Of a stretch of 64,000 nucleotides of DNA, positions 14,455 to 22,448 are shown piece after piece. The notes below the pieces were generated by a model that did no database searches, was not told the DNA's origin, and was given only the letters and a program-made list of their open reading frames with translations. How positions within the stretch are numbered: the first letter of the stretch is position 1; every line of letters begins with the position of its first letter. The stretch comes from an uncultured Gemmatimonadales bacterium (GTDB lineage: Bacteria > Gemmatimonadota > Gemmatimonadetes > Gemmatimonadales > GWC2-71-9). The position numbers and the translations under genes were made by a program. Where the stretch lies: contig CAVOGH010000003.1 in the NCBI GenBank assembly GCA_963695185.1, positions 270,499-334,498 of the forward strand. Reading direction: 5' to 3'.

Positions 14455-17400
14455 ATGTTCACCCACCTCCACGTTCACAGCTGGTTCTCCATGGGAGAGG
14501 GTGTCTCGAGTCCCGAGGCGCTGGCCTCGGCCGCGGTGCGGCGGGGGTTCGGCGCGCTGGCCTGCACCGACACCAACGGGGTGTACGGCGCGGTGGAGTT
14601 CCAGCAGGCGGCCGAGGCCCACGGGCTCAAGCCGATCCTCGGCGCGCACCTGGTGCACGGGACCGAGGAGGCGGTGGCGCTGGCGACAGACGAGCGGGGC
14701 TGGGGCGCGCTCTGCCGGGCGATCACGGCGATTCATTGGGTGGAGGGACGGACGGGTAGACGGACGGACGGGCGGGCGAACGGAGCGACGGGCCGCCGGA
14801 CCGTCCGACCGTCCGACTACCTCTCCACCCTCCTCGCCGCCGACCGCGACGGCCTGCTGCTCCTCTCCCGCGATGCGACGCTGCTGGAGCGGGTGGCCGA
14901 TCTCTCGGGGACGCGGGATCTCTACGCCGAACTCCGGCCCGGCAAGGAGCGCCACGCGGTGGGCCGGGCGGCCCGACGGCTGGGGATTTCGCCGGTGGTG
15001 ACCAACGCGGTGATGTTCGCCAACCCCGAGGAGCACGCGCTGCACCGGCTCCGGGTGGCGATCGGCGACTCGGCGACTCGGCGACTCGGCGATTCGTTCG
15101 CAAGGCCGGGGTCCGGCGCGGAGGGTTACGGTGAGATCGAGGCGCCGAAGCGCCGAGTCGCCGAGCCGACCTCCTGGCTCCGCCCCGGCGCCGACCTCGC
15201 CCGCCACTTCCCCGACTGTCCCGAGGCGATCGGCCGCACCATGGAGCTGGCGGAGCGGTGCGGCTACCGCATTCCCATCGGCCAGCGCACCGTGGCGCCG
15301 AGGATCGCGGCGGCGGAGGAGTCGTTCGCGCGGCTCCGGGCGCTGGCGTACGAGGGCGCGGCCCGGCGCTACGGCACGGTGGCGCCGCTCACCCGGGACC
15401 GGATCGAGCACGAGCTGGCGATCATCGCCCAGAAGAACTTCGCCGACTACTTCCTGGTGGTGCACGATATCGTCCGCCACGGCCCCACCCACTGCGGCCG
15501 GGGCTCGGTGGCCAACTCCATCGTGAGCTACTGTCTGGGCATCACCCACGTGGATCCGCTGGGCGCGGGGCTCCTGTTCGAGCGGTTCCTCAATCCCGAG
15601 CGGAAGGACCCGCCCGACATCGACCTCGACTTTCCCTGGGACGAGCGCGACCAGGTGCTGGCCTGGGTGTTCCAGAAGTATCCCCTGCCCCGCGCGGCGA
15701 TGGTGGCCAACCACAACTGCTTCCGGCTCCGGGGCGCGCTCCGGGAGGTGGCCAAGGTGCACGGCCGCCCGCCGGGAGAGATCCGCGAACTCACCCGCCG
15801 CTTCCCCTGGTTCATGGCGGATGAATCCATGGAAGAGGTCATCGCGCACCACCCCAACTTCAAGGGCCTGGAATTGCCGGCGGTCTGGCAGGACCTGATG
15901 CGGCTGGCGCAGCCGCTGGTGGGGGTGCCCCGGCACCTGTCGCTGCATCCCGGCGGAGTGGTGATCGTGCCGACGGCGCTGACCGACTACGTCCCCATCG
16001 AGCCGGCGGCCAAGCAGCTGGACGGCCATCCCGACCTCACCGTGCCGGTGATCCAGTTCGAGAAGGACGGCACCGAGGACGCGGGGCTGGTGAAGATCGA
16101 CCTGCTGGGGAACCGCTCGCTGGCGGTGATCCGTGACGCGATCGCCGCGGTGGCGGTCAACACCGGCCGGCAGATCGACTACACCTCCGACGATCCCGAC
16201 GACGACGAGGCCACGCACGCGCTCTTCCGCACCGGCCAGACCATGGGCGTCTTCTACACCGAGAGCCCGGCCTCGCGGCTCCTGTGCGCCAAGTCCCGGG
16301 CCGACACCTTCGAGCTGCTGGTGCTCAACACCAGCATCATCCGGCCCGCCTCCAACCGCTACATCCGGGTGTACCTCGAACGGCTGCACGGCGCGCCCTA
16401 CGCGCCGCTCGACCCGTCGCTCCGGGATACCCTCGCCGAGACCTACGGGGTGATGGTCTACCAGGAGGACGTGGTCAATGTGTGCGCCACCTTTGCGGGG
16501 ATGTCGCTCGCCGCGGGCGACGGGCTCAGGAAGGCGCTCTCCAAGAAGCGGCCGGTCAAGGCGCTGGCGTCGTACGTGGAGGATTTCTTCGCCGGCGCCG
16601 CCCGGCTGGGCCGGGACCCGGAGATCGCCAGGCAGGTGTGGGAGATGGTCATGTCCTTTGCGGGCTACAGCTTCTGCAAGGGGCATTCGTGTTCCTATAT
16701 CAAGGTGGCGCAGCACTCCTGCTATCTCCGGGCCCACTACCCGGCGGAGTTCATGGCCGCGGTGCTGGCCAACGGCGGCGGGTTCTATCATCCCTTTGCG
16801 TATGTCTCCGAGGCGATGCGCATGGGGCTCACGGTGCGCCCGCCGGACGTGAATGCCAGCGAGTTCCGGACGACCGGCCGGGGGCGGGAGGTGCGGATCG
16901 GGTTCCAGTTCATCAAGGGGTTGTCGGGGGAGGCGGTCAGGCGGTTGGACGAGGCGACTCGCGGATTCCGGGATCTGGCTCACTTCCGAGTGGAGACCGG
17001 CATCGGGCGGGAGGACCTGCGGCTGCTCATCAAGGTGGGTGCGCTGGACTCGATTGCCCGGGGGATGACCCGGCCGATGCTGCTGTGGGCGGTGGACGCG
17101 GAGTCCCACGCGCCGCCGGCGCCGGCGCCGCTGCTCGACGCTTCGGAGTCGAGTGCTCCGAGCCGTCGAGGCGGGGAAGGGTCTCCGGGCGCTGGAGGTG
17201 CGGGAGCCCGGGTGGGTTCCCGTCTCGCACCTACGCGCCCTCCGACCCTCCCCCGCCTCGACGGCTCGCCTGCCCTCGTTTCTCCGCGGGCGGCAATCCA
17301 ACCGCCCAGCCGCCAAACCGCCCAACCGCCTCACGAATCACCCAATCGCCCAATCGCCCAATCGCCTGCACCTCCCCCCCTCCGCGACTACGACACCGCC

Positions 17401-17802
17401 CGTCGCCGCCGGATCGAGTACCAGCTGCTGGGTTTCACCACCGACTGCCACCCGATGTCGCTCTACCGGGCGGAGCTCAAGCGGTTCCGGATCGTGCCGA
17501 GCACCGAGCTGGGACAGCATGTGGGCCGCACGGTGCTGGCGGCGGGGATGCTCACCACCGCCAAGCCGGTGTCCACCGCCAGGGATGAGCCGATGGAGTT
17601 CGCCACGTTCGACGACGGCCTGGGCCTCATCGAGACGGTGCTCTTTCCCGACGTGTACCGGAAGCGGGCGCACGTGCTGTTCGACCAGGGGCCGTTCATC
17701 TTCCGGGGCAGGGTGGAGGAGGAATTCGGGGCGGTGACGCTCACGATCACCCATCTGGACCGGCTGGAGCGGATGCTGGAGAAGGTGGCCGGACGGCGGT
17801 AG
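14455..17802 (+). CDS. dnaE2: Error-prone DNA polymerase III alpha-subunit paralogue DnaE2
   Basis: ATG 14455 (MFTHLHVHSWFSMGEGVSSPEAL, PHP domain). Pol III alpha core motifs GRGSVANSIVSYCLGIT, DIDLDF, FEKDGTEDAGLVKIDLLGNRSL and C-terminal OB-fold region. Size (about 1,000 aa once the ~280 bp of repeat insertions at 15064-15166, 17160-17267 and 17294-17366 is discounted) and linkage to the imuB-like gene fit DnaE2 rather than DnaE1. Confidence 0.9.
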   Translation: MFTHLHVHSWFSMGEGVSSPEALASAAVRRGFGALACTDTNGVYGAVEFQQAAEAHGLKPILGAHLVHGTEEAVALATDERGWGALCRAITAIHWVEGRTGRRTDGRANGATGRRTVRPSDYLSTLLAADRDGLLLLSRDATLLERVADLSGTRDLYAELRPGKERHAVGRAARRLGISPVVTNAVMFANPEEHALHRLRVAIGDSATRRLGDSFARPGSGAEGYGEIEAPKRRVAEPTSWLRPGADLARHFPDCPEAIGRTMELAERCGYRIPIGQRTVAPRIAAAEESFARLRALAYEGAARRYGTVAPLTRDRIEHELAIIAQKNFADYFLVVHDIVRHGPTHCGRGSVANSIVSYCLGITHVDPLGAGLLFERFLNPERKDPPDIDLDFPWDERDQVLAWVFQKYPLPRAAMVANHNCFRLRGALREVAKVHGRPPGEIRELTRRFPWFMADESMEEVIAHHPNFKGLELPAVWQDLMRLAQPLVGVPRHLSLHPGGVVIVPTALTDYVPIEPAAKQLDGHPDLTVPVIQFEKDGTEDAGLVKIDLLGNRSLAVIRDAIAAVAVNTGRQIDYTSDDPDDDEATHALFRTGQTMGVFYTESPASRLLCAKSRADTFELLVLNTSIIRPASNRYIRVYLERLHGAPYAPLDPSLRDTLAETYGVMVYQEDVVNVCATFAGMSLAAGDGLRKALSKKRPVKALASYVEDFFAGAARLGRDPEIARQVWEMVMSFAGYSFCKGHSCSYIKVAQHSCYLRAHYPAEFMAAVLANGGGFYHPFAYVSEAMRMGLTVRPPDVNASEFRTTGRGREVRIGFQFIKGLSGEAVRRLDEATRGFRDLAHFRVETGIGREDLRLLIKVGALDSIARGMTRPMLLWAVDAESHAPPAPAPLLDASESSAPSRRGGEGSPGAGGAGARVGSRLAPTRPPTLPRLDGSPALVSPRAAIQPPSRQTAQPPHESPNRPIAQSPAPPPLRDYDTARRRRIEYQLLGFTTDCHPMSLYRAELKRFRIVPSTELGQHVGRTVLAAGMLTTAKPVSTARDEPMEFATFDDGLGLIETVLFPDVYRKRAHVLFDQGPFIFRGRVEEEFGAVTLTITHLDRLERMLEKVAGRR
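15064..15166. repeat. Palindromic octamer-array element, subfamily A2, in-frame in dnaE2
   Basis: GGCGACTCGGCGACTCGGCGACTCGGCGATTCG..CCGGCGCGGAGGGTTACGGTGAGATCGAGGCGCCGAAGCGCCGAGTCGCCGAGCC. The arms are inverted copies and the right half aligns with 8050-8108. It encodes GDSATRRLGDSFARPGSGAEGYGEIEAPKRRVAEP. Confidence 0.75.
17160..17267. repeat. 108-bp long palindrome, family C, in-frame in dnaE2
   Basis: A perfect 16-bp outer stem GAGCCGTCGAGGCGGG / CCCGCCTCGACGGCTC extends to ~50-bp imperfect arms. The inner part is near-identical (reverse complement) to 12097-12186. The length is 36 codons, encoding ..[35 protein letters not shown]... Confidence 0.8.
17294..17366. repeat. Octamer array, subfamily B (CCAATCGC/CCAACCGC units), in-frame in dnaE2
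   Basis: CAATCCAACCGCCCAGCCGCCAAACCGCCCAACCGCCTCACGAATCACCCAATCGCCCAATCGCCCAATCGCC is the complement-orientation version of the GGCGATTGGGCGATTGG arrays seen after stop codons. It encodes ..QPPSRQTAQPPHESPNRPIAQSPA... Confidence 0.7.
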
Positions 17803-17841
17803 GATTAGCCCAAGCCATCCTGCCATCACAAAGGACATCTC

Positions 17842-18738
17842 ATGCGATTCTCGACCCTGCTCGCCCTCTCGCTGGCCCTGGCCACCCCGGCCGCCGCTCA
17901 GAACCCCGATTCCGTCACCATCCGGACCATCCCGGTCCGCGGCAACGTCAGCATGCTGATGGGCCAGGGCGGCAACATCGGCGTCTCCACCGGGGCGGAC
18001 GGCAGCTTCGTGATTGACGACGAATATCCGGCGCACACCGCCAAGGTCCAGGCGGCGCTCACCGCGCTCTCCCCGAAGCCCATTCGCTTCGTGATCAACA
18101 CCCACTGGCATGGCGATCATACCGGCGGCAACGCGGCCATGGCCGGCGGCGGGGCGATCATCGTCGCCCACGACAACGTGCGCAAGCGGATGAGCAGCGA
18201 GCAGTTCCTGGAGGCGTTCAAGGCCACGGTGCCCCCCTCACCGGCGGCGGCGCTGCCGGTGGTGACCTTCGCGGACCAGCTCAGCTTCCACTGGAACGGC
18301 GAGGAGATCCGGGTCTTCCACGTGAAGCCCGCCCACACCGACGGCGATGCCATCGTGTATTTCACTCGCTCGAACGTGATCCACACCGGTGACATCTTTT
18401 TCAACGGGATGTACCCGTTCATTGACGGCTCCAGCGGCGGCAGCGTGGCCGGCATGCTCCAGGCGGTGGACCAGGTGCTGGTCCTGGCCAATGCGGACAC
18501 CCGGATCATCCCTGGCCACGGGCCGCTGGGCACCCGGGCCGACCTGGTGAATTTCCGCAGCATGCTGGTCACCGTGACCGAACGGATCAGTGCGCTGATC
18601 CGCCAGCAGAAGACGCTCGACGAGGTGGTGGCCGCCAAGCCCACCGCCGAGTTTGATGCCGCGTGGGGCAAGGGATTCCTCAATCCCGAGTCGTTCATCG
18701 CGATCACCTATAACGTCCTCGGCAAGAGCGCCAGGTGA
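17842..18738 (+). CDS. Secreted MBL-fold metallo-hydrolase
   Basis: Signal peptide MRFSTLLALSLALATPAAAQ. HWHGDH zinc motif, then later His/Asp ligands (..HTDGD.., ..PGHGP..). Confidence 0.8.
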   Translation: MRFSTLLALSLALATPAAAQNPDSVTIRTIPVRGNVSMLMGQGGNIGVSTGADGSFVIDDEYPAHTAKVQAALTALSPKPIRFVINTHWHGDHTGGNAAMAGGGAIIVAHDNVRKRMSSEQFLEAFKATVPPSPAAALPVVTFADQLSFHWNGEEIRVFHVKPAHTDGDAIVYFTRSNVIHTGDIFFNGMYPFIDGSSGGSVAGMLQAVDQVLVLANADTRIIPGHGPLGTRADLVNFRSMLVTVTERISALIRQQKTLDEVVAAKPTAEFDAAWGKGFLNPESFIAITYNVLGKSAR

Positions 18739-20288
18739 TGCGACGTCTCTCCGCCGCCCTCCTCTTCGCCGCGCTCGTGCCGGCGGGGCTCGACGCCCAG
18801 GCCGCGCCGCGCGACGTGGACGCCTACGTCACCCAGGCGCTGAAGCAGTTCGGCCAGCCCGGCGTGGCGATCGCCGTGGTGCAGGACGGCAAGATCCTGT
18901 TCCAGCAGGGGTGGGGCATGCGGCGGGTAGGTGAGGCGGCCCGGGTGGATGCCAACACCCTCTTTCAGGTGGCCTCCAACACCAAGGCGGTCACCGCGGC
19001 GGCGCTCGCCATCCTGGTGAGCGACGGCAAGCTCCGCTGGGATGATCCAGTCACCGACTACCTGCCCTGGTTCCAGCTGGGCGGCGATCCCTACGTCACC
19101 CGGGAGATGACCGTCCGCGATCTGCTGGTGCACCGGAGCGGGCTCTCCCTCGGCGCCGGCGACCTGATGTGGTGGTTCGGCGACTTCAGCCGGGAGGAGA
19201 TCGCCCGGCGGCTCCGCTACATCACCCCCGCCACCAGCTTCCGGAGCCACTACGCCTACGACAACGTGCTGTACGTCGTGGCGGGAGAAGTGGTCAGGGC
19301 CGCCAGCGGCATGGAGTGGGACGACTTCGTCCGCACCCGCATCTTCCAGCCGCTGGGCATGAGCCGCACCCAGACCACGGTGCGGGAGTTCCAGCCCGGC
19401 GACAACATCGCCACCCCGCACGCGCGGGTGAACACGGCGGGCACGATGGCGCCCATCGCCTGGGACACGGTGGACAACATCGGCCCCGGGGGGAGCATCA
19501 ACTCGAGTGTCGCCGACTGGGCCAGGTGGCTCATGGTGCAGCTCGACTCGGGCCGCACCCAGAGCGGCAGCCGGCTCTGGCCGGAGCAGCAGACCCGGAT
19601 CATGTGGAATCCGGAGATCAATATTCCGGTGGGCGTCCCCAGTGCCCCGTTCGCCGCGCTCCGCGCCAATTTCAGCGGCTACGCCCTCGGCTGGGGAGTG
19701 CGGGACTATCGCGGGCTCAAGCTGATGCAGCATACCGGCGGGCTGGCGGGGATGCTGTCGCGGGTGTTCCTGGTGCCGGAGAAGCGGATCGGCGTGGTGG
19801 TGCTGACCAACGGAGAGACCAACGCCTTCAACGCACTCGGCTGGTGGATACTGGACTACGCCCTCAAGGCGCCGAGGACCGACTGGGTGAGCGCCTATGC
19901 TCAAGCGGGGGATGCCACGCTGGCCGCCGATCGCGCCTTCGAGGACTCCGCCAGCGCCGCCCGACGGAGTGATGTGGGCCCCTCGCTCCCGCTCAGCGCG
20001 CTGGCGGGTCGGTACAGCGACGCCTGGTACGGCGAGGTGACCCTGGCCGAGGCAGGCGGGCACCTGGTCCTGACGTGGAGCCGCTCACCCGGCCTGACGG
20101 CGGACCTGGAGCACTGGCAGTACGACACCTTCCGGGCCCGGATGCGGGTGCCGTTCGCGGCGGATGCGTTCGTCACCTTCCAGCTCAAGCACGACGGCAC
20201 GATAGACCGGATGCTGATGGTGCCGGTGCTGCCGTCCACCGACTTCAGCTTCAACTATCAGGACCTGGTGTTCCGGCCGGTGCGGTGA
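18735..20288 (+). CDS. Secreted serine hydrolase (class C beta-lactamase/penicillin-binding-protein family) with C-terminal lipocalin-like domain
   Basis: Signal peptide and the SxxK motif (VASNTKAVTAAA). YAYDN (YxN) motif. The C-terminal ~100 aa resemble DUF3471. The start overlaps the upstream stop (GTGATG). Confidence 0.75.
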   Translation: MMRRLSAALLFAALVPAGLDAQAAPRDVDAYVTQALKQFGQPGVAIAVVQDGKILFQQGWGMRRVGEAARVDANTLFQVASNTKAVTAAALAILVSDGKLRWDDPVTDYLPWFQLGGDPYVTREMTVRDLLVHRSGLSLGAGDLMWWFGDFSREEIARRLRYITPATSFRSHYAYDNVLYVVAGEVVRAASGMEWDDFVRTRIFQPLGMSRTQTTVREFQPGDNIATPHARVNTAGTMAPIAWDTVDNIGPGGSINSSVADWARWLMVQLDSGRTQSGSRLWPEQQTRIMWNPEINIPVGVPSAPFAALRANFSGYALGWGVRDYRGLKLMQHTGGLAGMLSRVFLVPEKRIGVVVLTNGETNAFNALGWWILDYALKAPRTDWVSAYAQAGDATLAADRAFEDSASAARRSDVGPSLPLSALAGRYSDAWYGEVTLAEAGGHLVLTWSRSPGLTADLEHWQYDTFRARMRVPFAADAFVTFQLKHDGTIDRMLMVPVLPSTDFSFNYQDLVFRPVR

Positions 20289-20321
20289 GGTGGTAGGCGA
20301 TTGGGCGATTGGGTGGTGAGG
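20289..20321. repeat. Octamer array, subfamily B, after a stop codon
   Basis: TGA is followed directly by GGTGGTAGGCGATTGGGCGATTGGGTGGTGAGG. Confidence 0.55.
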
Positions 20322-20353
20322 CGGGGGGCCGTGCAAGCGAGGGGAGGAAACCG

Positions 20354-20878
20354 GTGAAGCGATTCCTGCTGTGGACCTGTGGCGTGTTGATCCTGGTCTG
20401 CGCGGCGCTGTTTGCCACGGGCATGGCCCTGCCCCGGGAGCACCGGGCGCGGAGCTGCGTCACGCTGGCGCAGCCGGCGGAGAGCCTCTGGACGGTGATG
20501 CGGGACATCGGCGGCACCACCGCCTGGTGGCCAGAAATGAAGGAAGCGGTGCGGGCCGACAGCGGGGGCCACGAGCGCTGGCGGGAGACCGTGGACGATT
20601 TCTCCATGACCGTACGGGTCGAGGAGGTCGAGCACGGCGCCGAGTTCCATACGCTGATCGAGAGCGGGCCGGACGATGTCTTCGGCGGGAAGTGGATCTA
20701 CCGGGTGGAGCCGTCGCCGGCGGGGCACACCGCCTGCGTCACCGAGGAGGGATGGATCAGCAACCCGGCGTTCCGGGCCATGTCGAGCCTCATGGGCCAG
20801 CACGGGTCGCTCGACAGCTACCTCACCGCCCTCGCGGCGCGTTTCGGGACGGCGTACCGGCCCGAGCATCTCGACTGA
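20354..20878 (+). CDS. SRPBCC-superfamily (polyketide cyclase/dehydrase-like) protein with N-terminal TM/signal segment
   Basis: GTG 20354 was chosen because upstream codons lie in the repeat. The hydrophobic N-terminus FLLWTCGVLILVCAALFATG is followed by a ~150-aa START-like domain with W-rich beta-strands. Confidence 0.55.
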   Translation: MKRFLLWTCGVLILVCAALFATGMALPREHRARSCVTLAQPAESLWTVMRDIGGTTAWWPEMKEAVRADSGGHERWRETVDDFSMTVRVEEVEHGAEFHTLIESGPDDVFGGKWIYRVEPSPAGHTACVTEEGWISNPAFRAMSSLMGQHGSLDSYLTALAARFGTAYRPEHLD

Positions 20879-20991
20879 GGGTGACCACCGTCACGGGCCG
20901 GGCCGGCGCCGGGGGGCCATAGTTGGCGTTCAAACCGGCACCGCCTCAACGACATCCGACAGGTATACCCTTGCCACGGTCACGACCCGGC

Positions 20992-22425
20992 ATGCCCTTC
21001 TTCCTGATCCTCTCGGCGGCACTCGGCGCCGGCTGCGCCCGTGATTCCAGCGGGCCGGCGGTGGTGAACCTCCTGCCGCAGGCCGCCATCACCTCGCCTG
21101 CATCCGGTGGCAGCGTCACCCAGGGCGCCGAGGTCGTGCTCGTGGGCACCGCGGCCGATCCGGAAGACGGAATCCTGACCGGCCCGGCGCTCACCTGGCT
21201 CAGCTCACTGGACGGCACCCTGGGCCAGGGGGACAGCCTCTCCCTCTACAGTCTCTCCCCGGGAAACCATACCATCACGCTCAGGGCCACCGACCAGCAC
21301 GGCGGCCATGGCACCGCCACGGTGCAGCTCACCGTGACGACCGTGGTGGTCGGCGTCGGGCTGCAGGAGGTGGTGCGCGGCCTGAGCGAGCCGGTGTTCC
21401 TTACGCACGTGCCGGGCGACGCGACCCGGCTGTTCGTGGCGGAAAAGACCGGCCGGATCCGGATCATCCAGAATGGGGCGATCCTGCCGGCCGCCTTTCT
21501 GGATCTGCGCGATTCGGTCTCCCGGGGCGGTGAACAGGGGCTGCTGGGGATGGCCTTCGCGGGGGACTACGCCACCTCGGGGCGATTCGTGGTGAGCTAC
21601 ACCGCGCCCCGTGGGCGGCTGAGCGGCGGCACCTCGGTCATCGCGCGCTACAACGTCTCCAGCGGCAACCCCAACGTGGCGAACTCCGCCAGCGGCCACA
21701 CGCTGCTGGAGGTGGACCAGCCCTACGACAACCACAACGGCGGCATGGTCACCTTCGGCCCCGATGGGTTTCTCTACATCGGCCTGGGGGATGGCGGCGG
21801 CGGCGGCGATCCGCTCGACACCGGCCAGGACCGGACCGATCACCTCGGGTCGCTGCTCCGGATCGATGTCAGTGGCGCCTCGGGGTACGCGGTGCCGCCA
21901 TCGAATCCGTATGCCGGCAACGCGCAGTTCGCTCCCGAGGTGTGGAACTGGGGCCTCCGCAACCCGTGGCGGTTCAGCTTCGACCGGAGCACCGGCGACC
22001 TCTACATCGGCGACGTGGGCCAGAGCAGCCGGGAGGAGATCAACGTCGTCCCGGCATCGAGCACCGGGGGAGAGAACTACGGGTGGAATGAGCTGGAGGG
22101 CACGATCTGCTACCAGCCGGGCTGTGACCCGACCGGGACGCTGCTGCCGGTCCTCGACTACACCCACGGGATCGGCTGCTCGGTCACCGGTGGCTACGTC
22201 TACCGCGGGTCGGCGATCCCTTCGCTGGTGGGCCACTACCTGTACGCGGACTACTGCAGCGGCTGGGTGCGGAGCTTCCAGTACCTGGGGGGACAGGCGG
22301 TGAACCGGCAGGACCAGCCGACGCTGTCCCCGGGCGTATCCATCACCAGCTTCGGTGAGGACGCCACCGGCGAGTTGTACGTGCTGACCCAGAACGGGAT
22401 CGTGTATCGGATCGTGCCGCGCTGA
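20992..22425 (+). CDS. PQQ-dependent sugar (glucose/sorbosone) dehydrogenase-family lipoprotein with N-terminal Ig-like domain
   Basis: ATG 20992 gives MPFFLILSAALGAGC (lipobox). Beta-propeller motifs GLLGMAF, NHNGGMVTFGPDGFLYIGLGDGGGGGDP and NPWRFSFD are typical of soluble glucose/sorbosone dehydrogenases. Confidence 0.8.
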   Translation: MPFFLILSAALGAGCARDSSGPAVVNLLPQAAITSPASGGSVTQGAEVVLVGTAADPEDGILTGPALTWLSSLDGTLGQGDSLSLYSLSPGNHTITLRATDQHGGHGTATVQLTVTTVVVGVGLQEVVRGLSEPVFLTHVPGDATRLFVAEKTGRIRIIQNGAILPAAFLDLRDSVSRGGEQGLLGMAFAGDYATSGRFVVSYTAPRGRLSGGTSVIARYNVSSGNPNVANSASGHTLLEVDQPYDNHNGGMVTFGPDGFLYIGLGDGGGGGDPLDTGQDRTDHLGSLLRIDVSGASGYAVPPSNPYAGNAQFAPEVWNWGLRNPWRFSFDRSTGDLYIGDVGQSSREEINVVPASSTGGENYGWNELEGTICYQPGCDPTGTLLPVLDYTHGIGCSVTGGYVYRGSAIPSLVGHYLYADYCSGWVRSFQYLGGQAVNRQDQPTLSPGVSITSFGEDATGELYVLTQNGIVYRIVPR

Positions 22426-22448
22426 GCCCGGCGGCGGTAGCTTTCCGC

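Noticed and set aside
14437-17334. 965-aa ORF on the minus strand covering almost all of dnaE2
   Set aside because: It is antisense to a gene with unambiguous Pol III alpha homology. The product is Arg/Pro/Gly/His-rich low complexity, typical of stop-codon-poor shadow frames in very GC-rich DNA.
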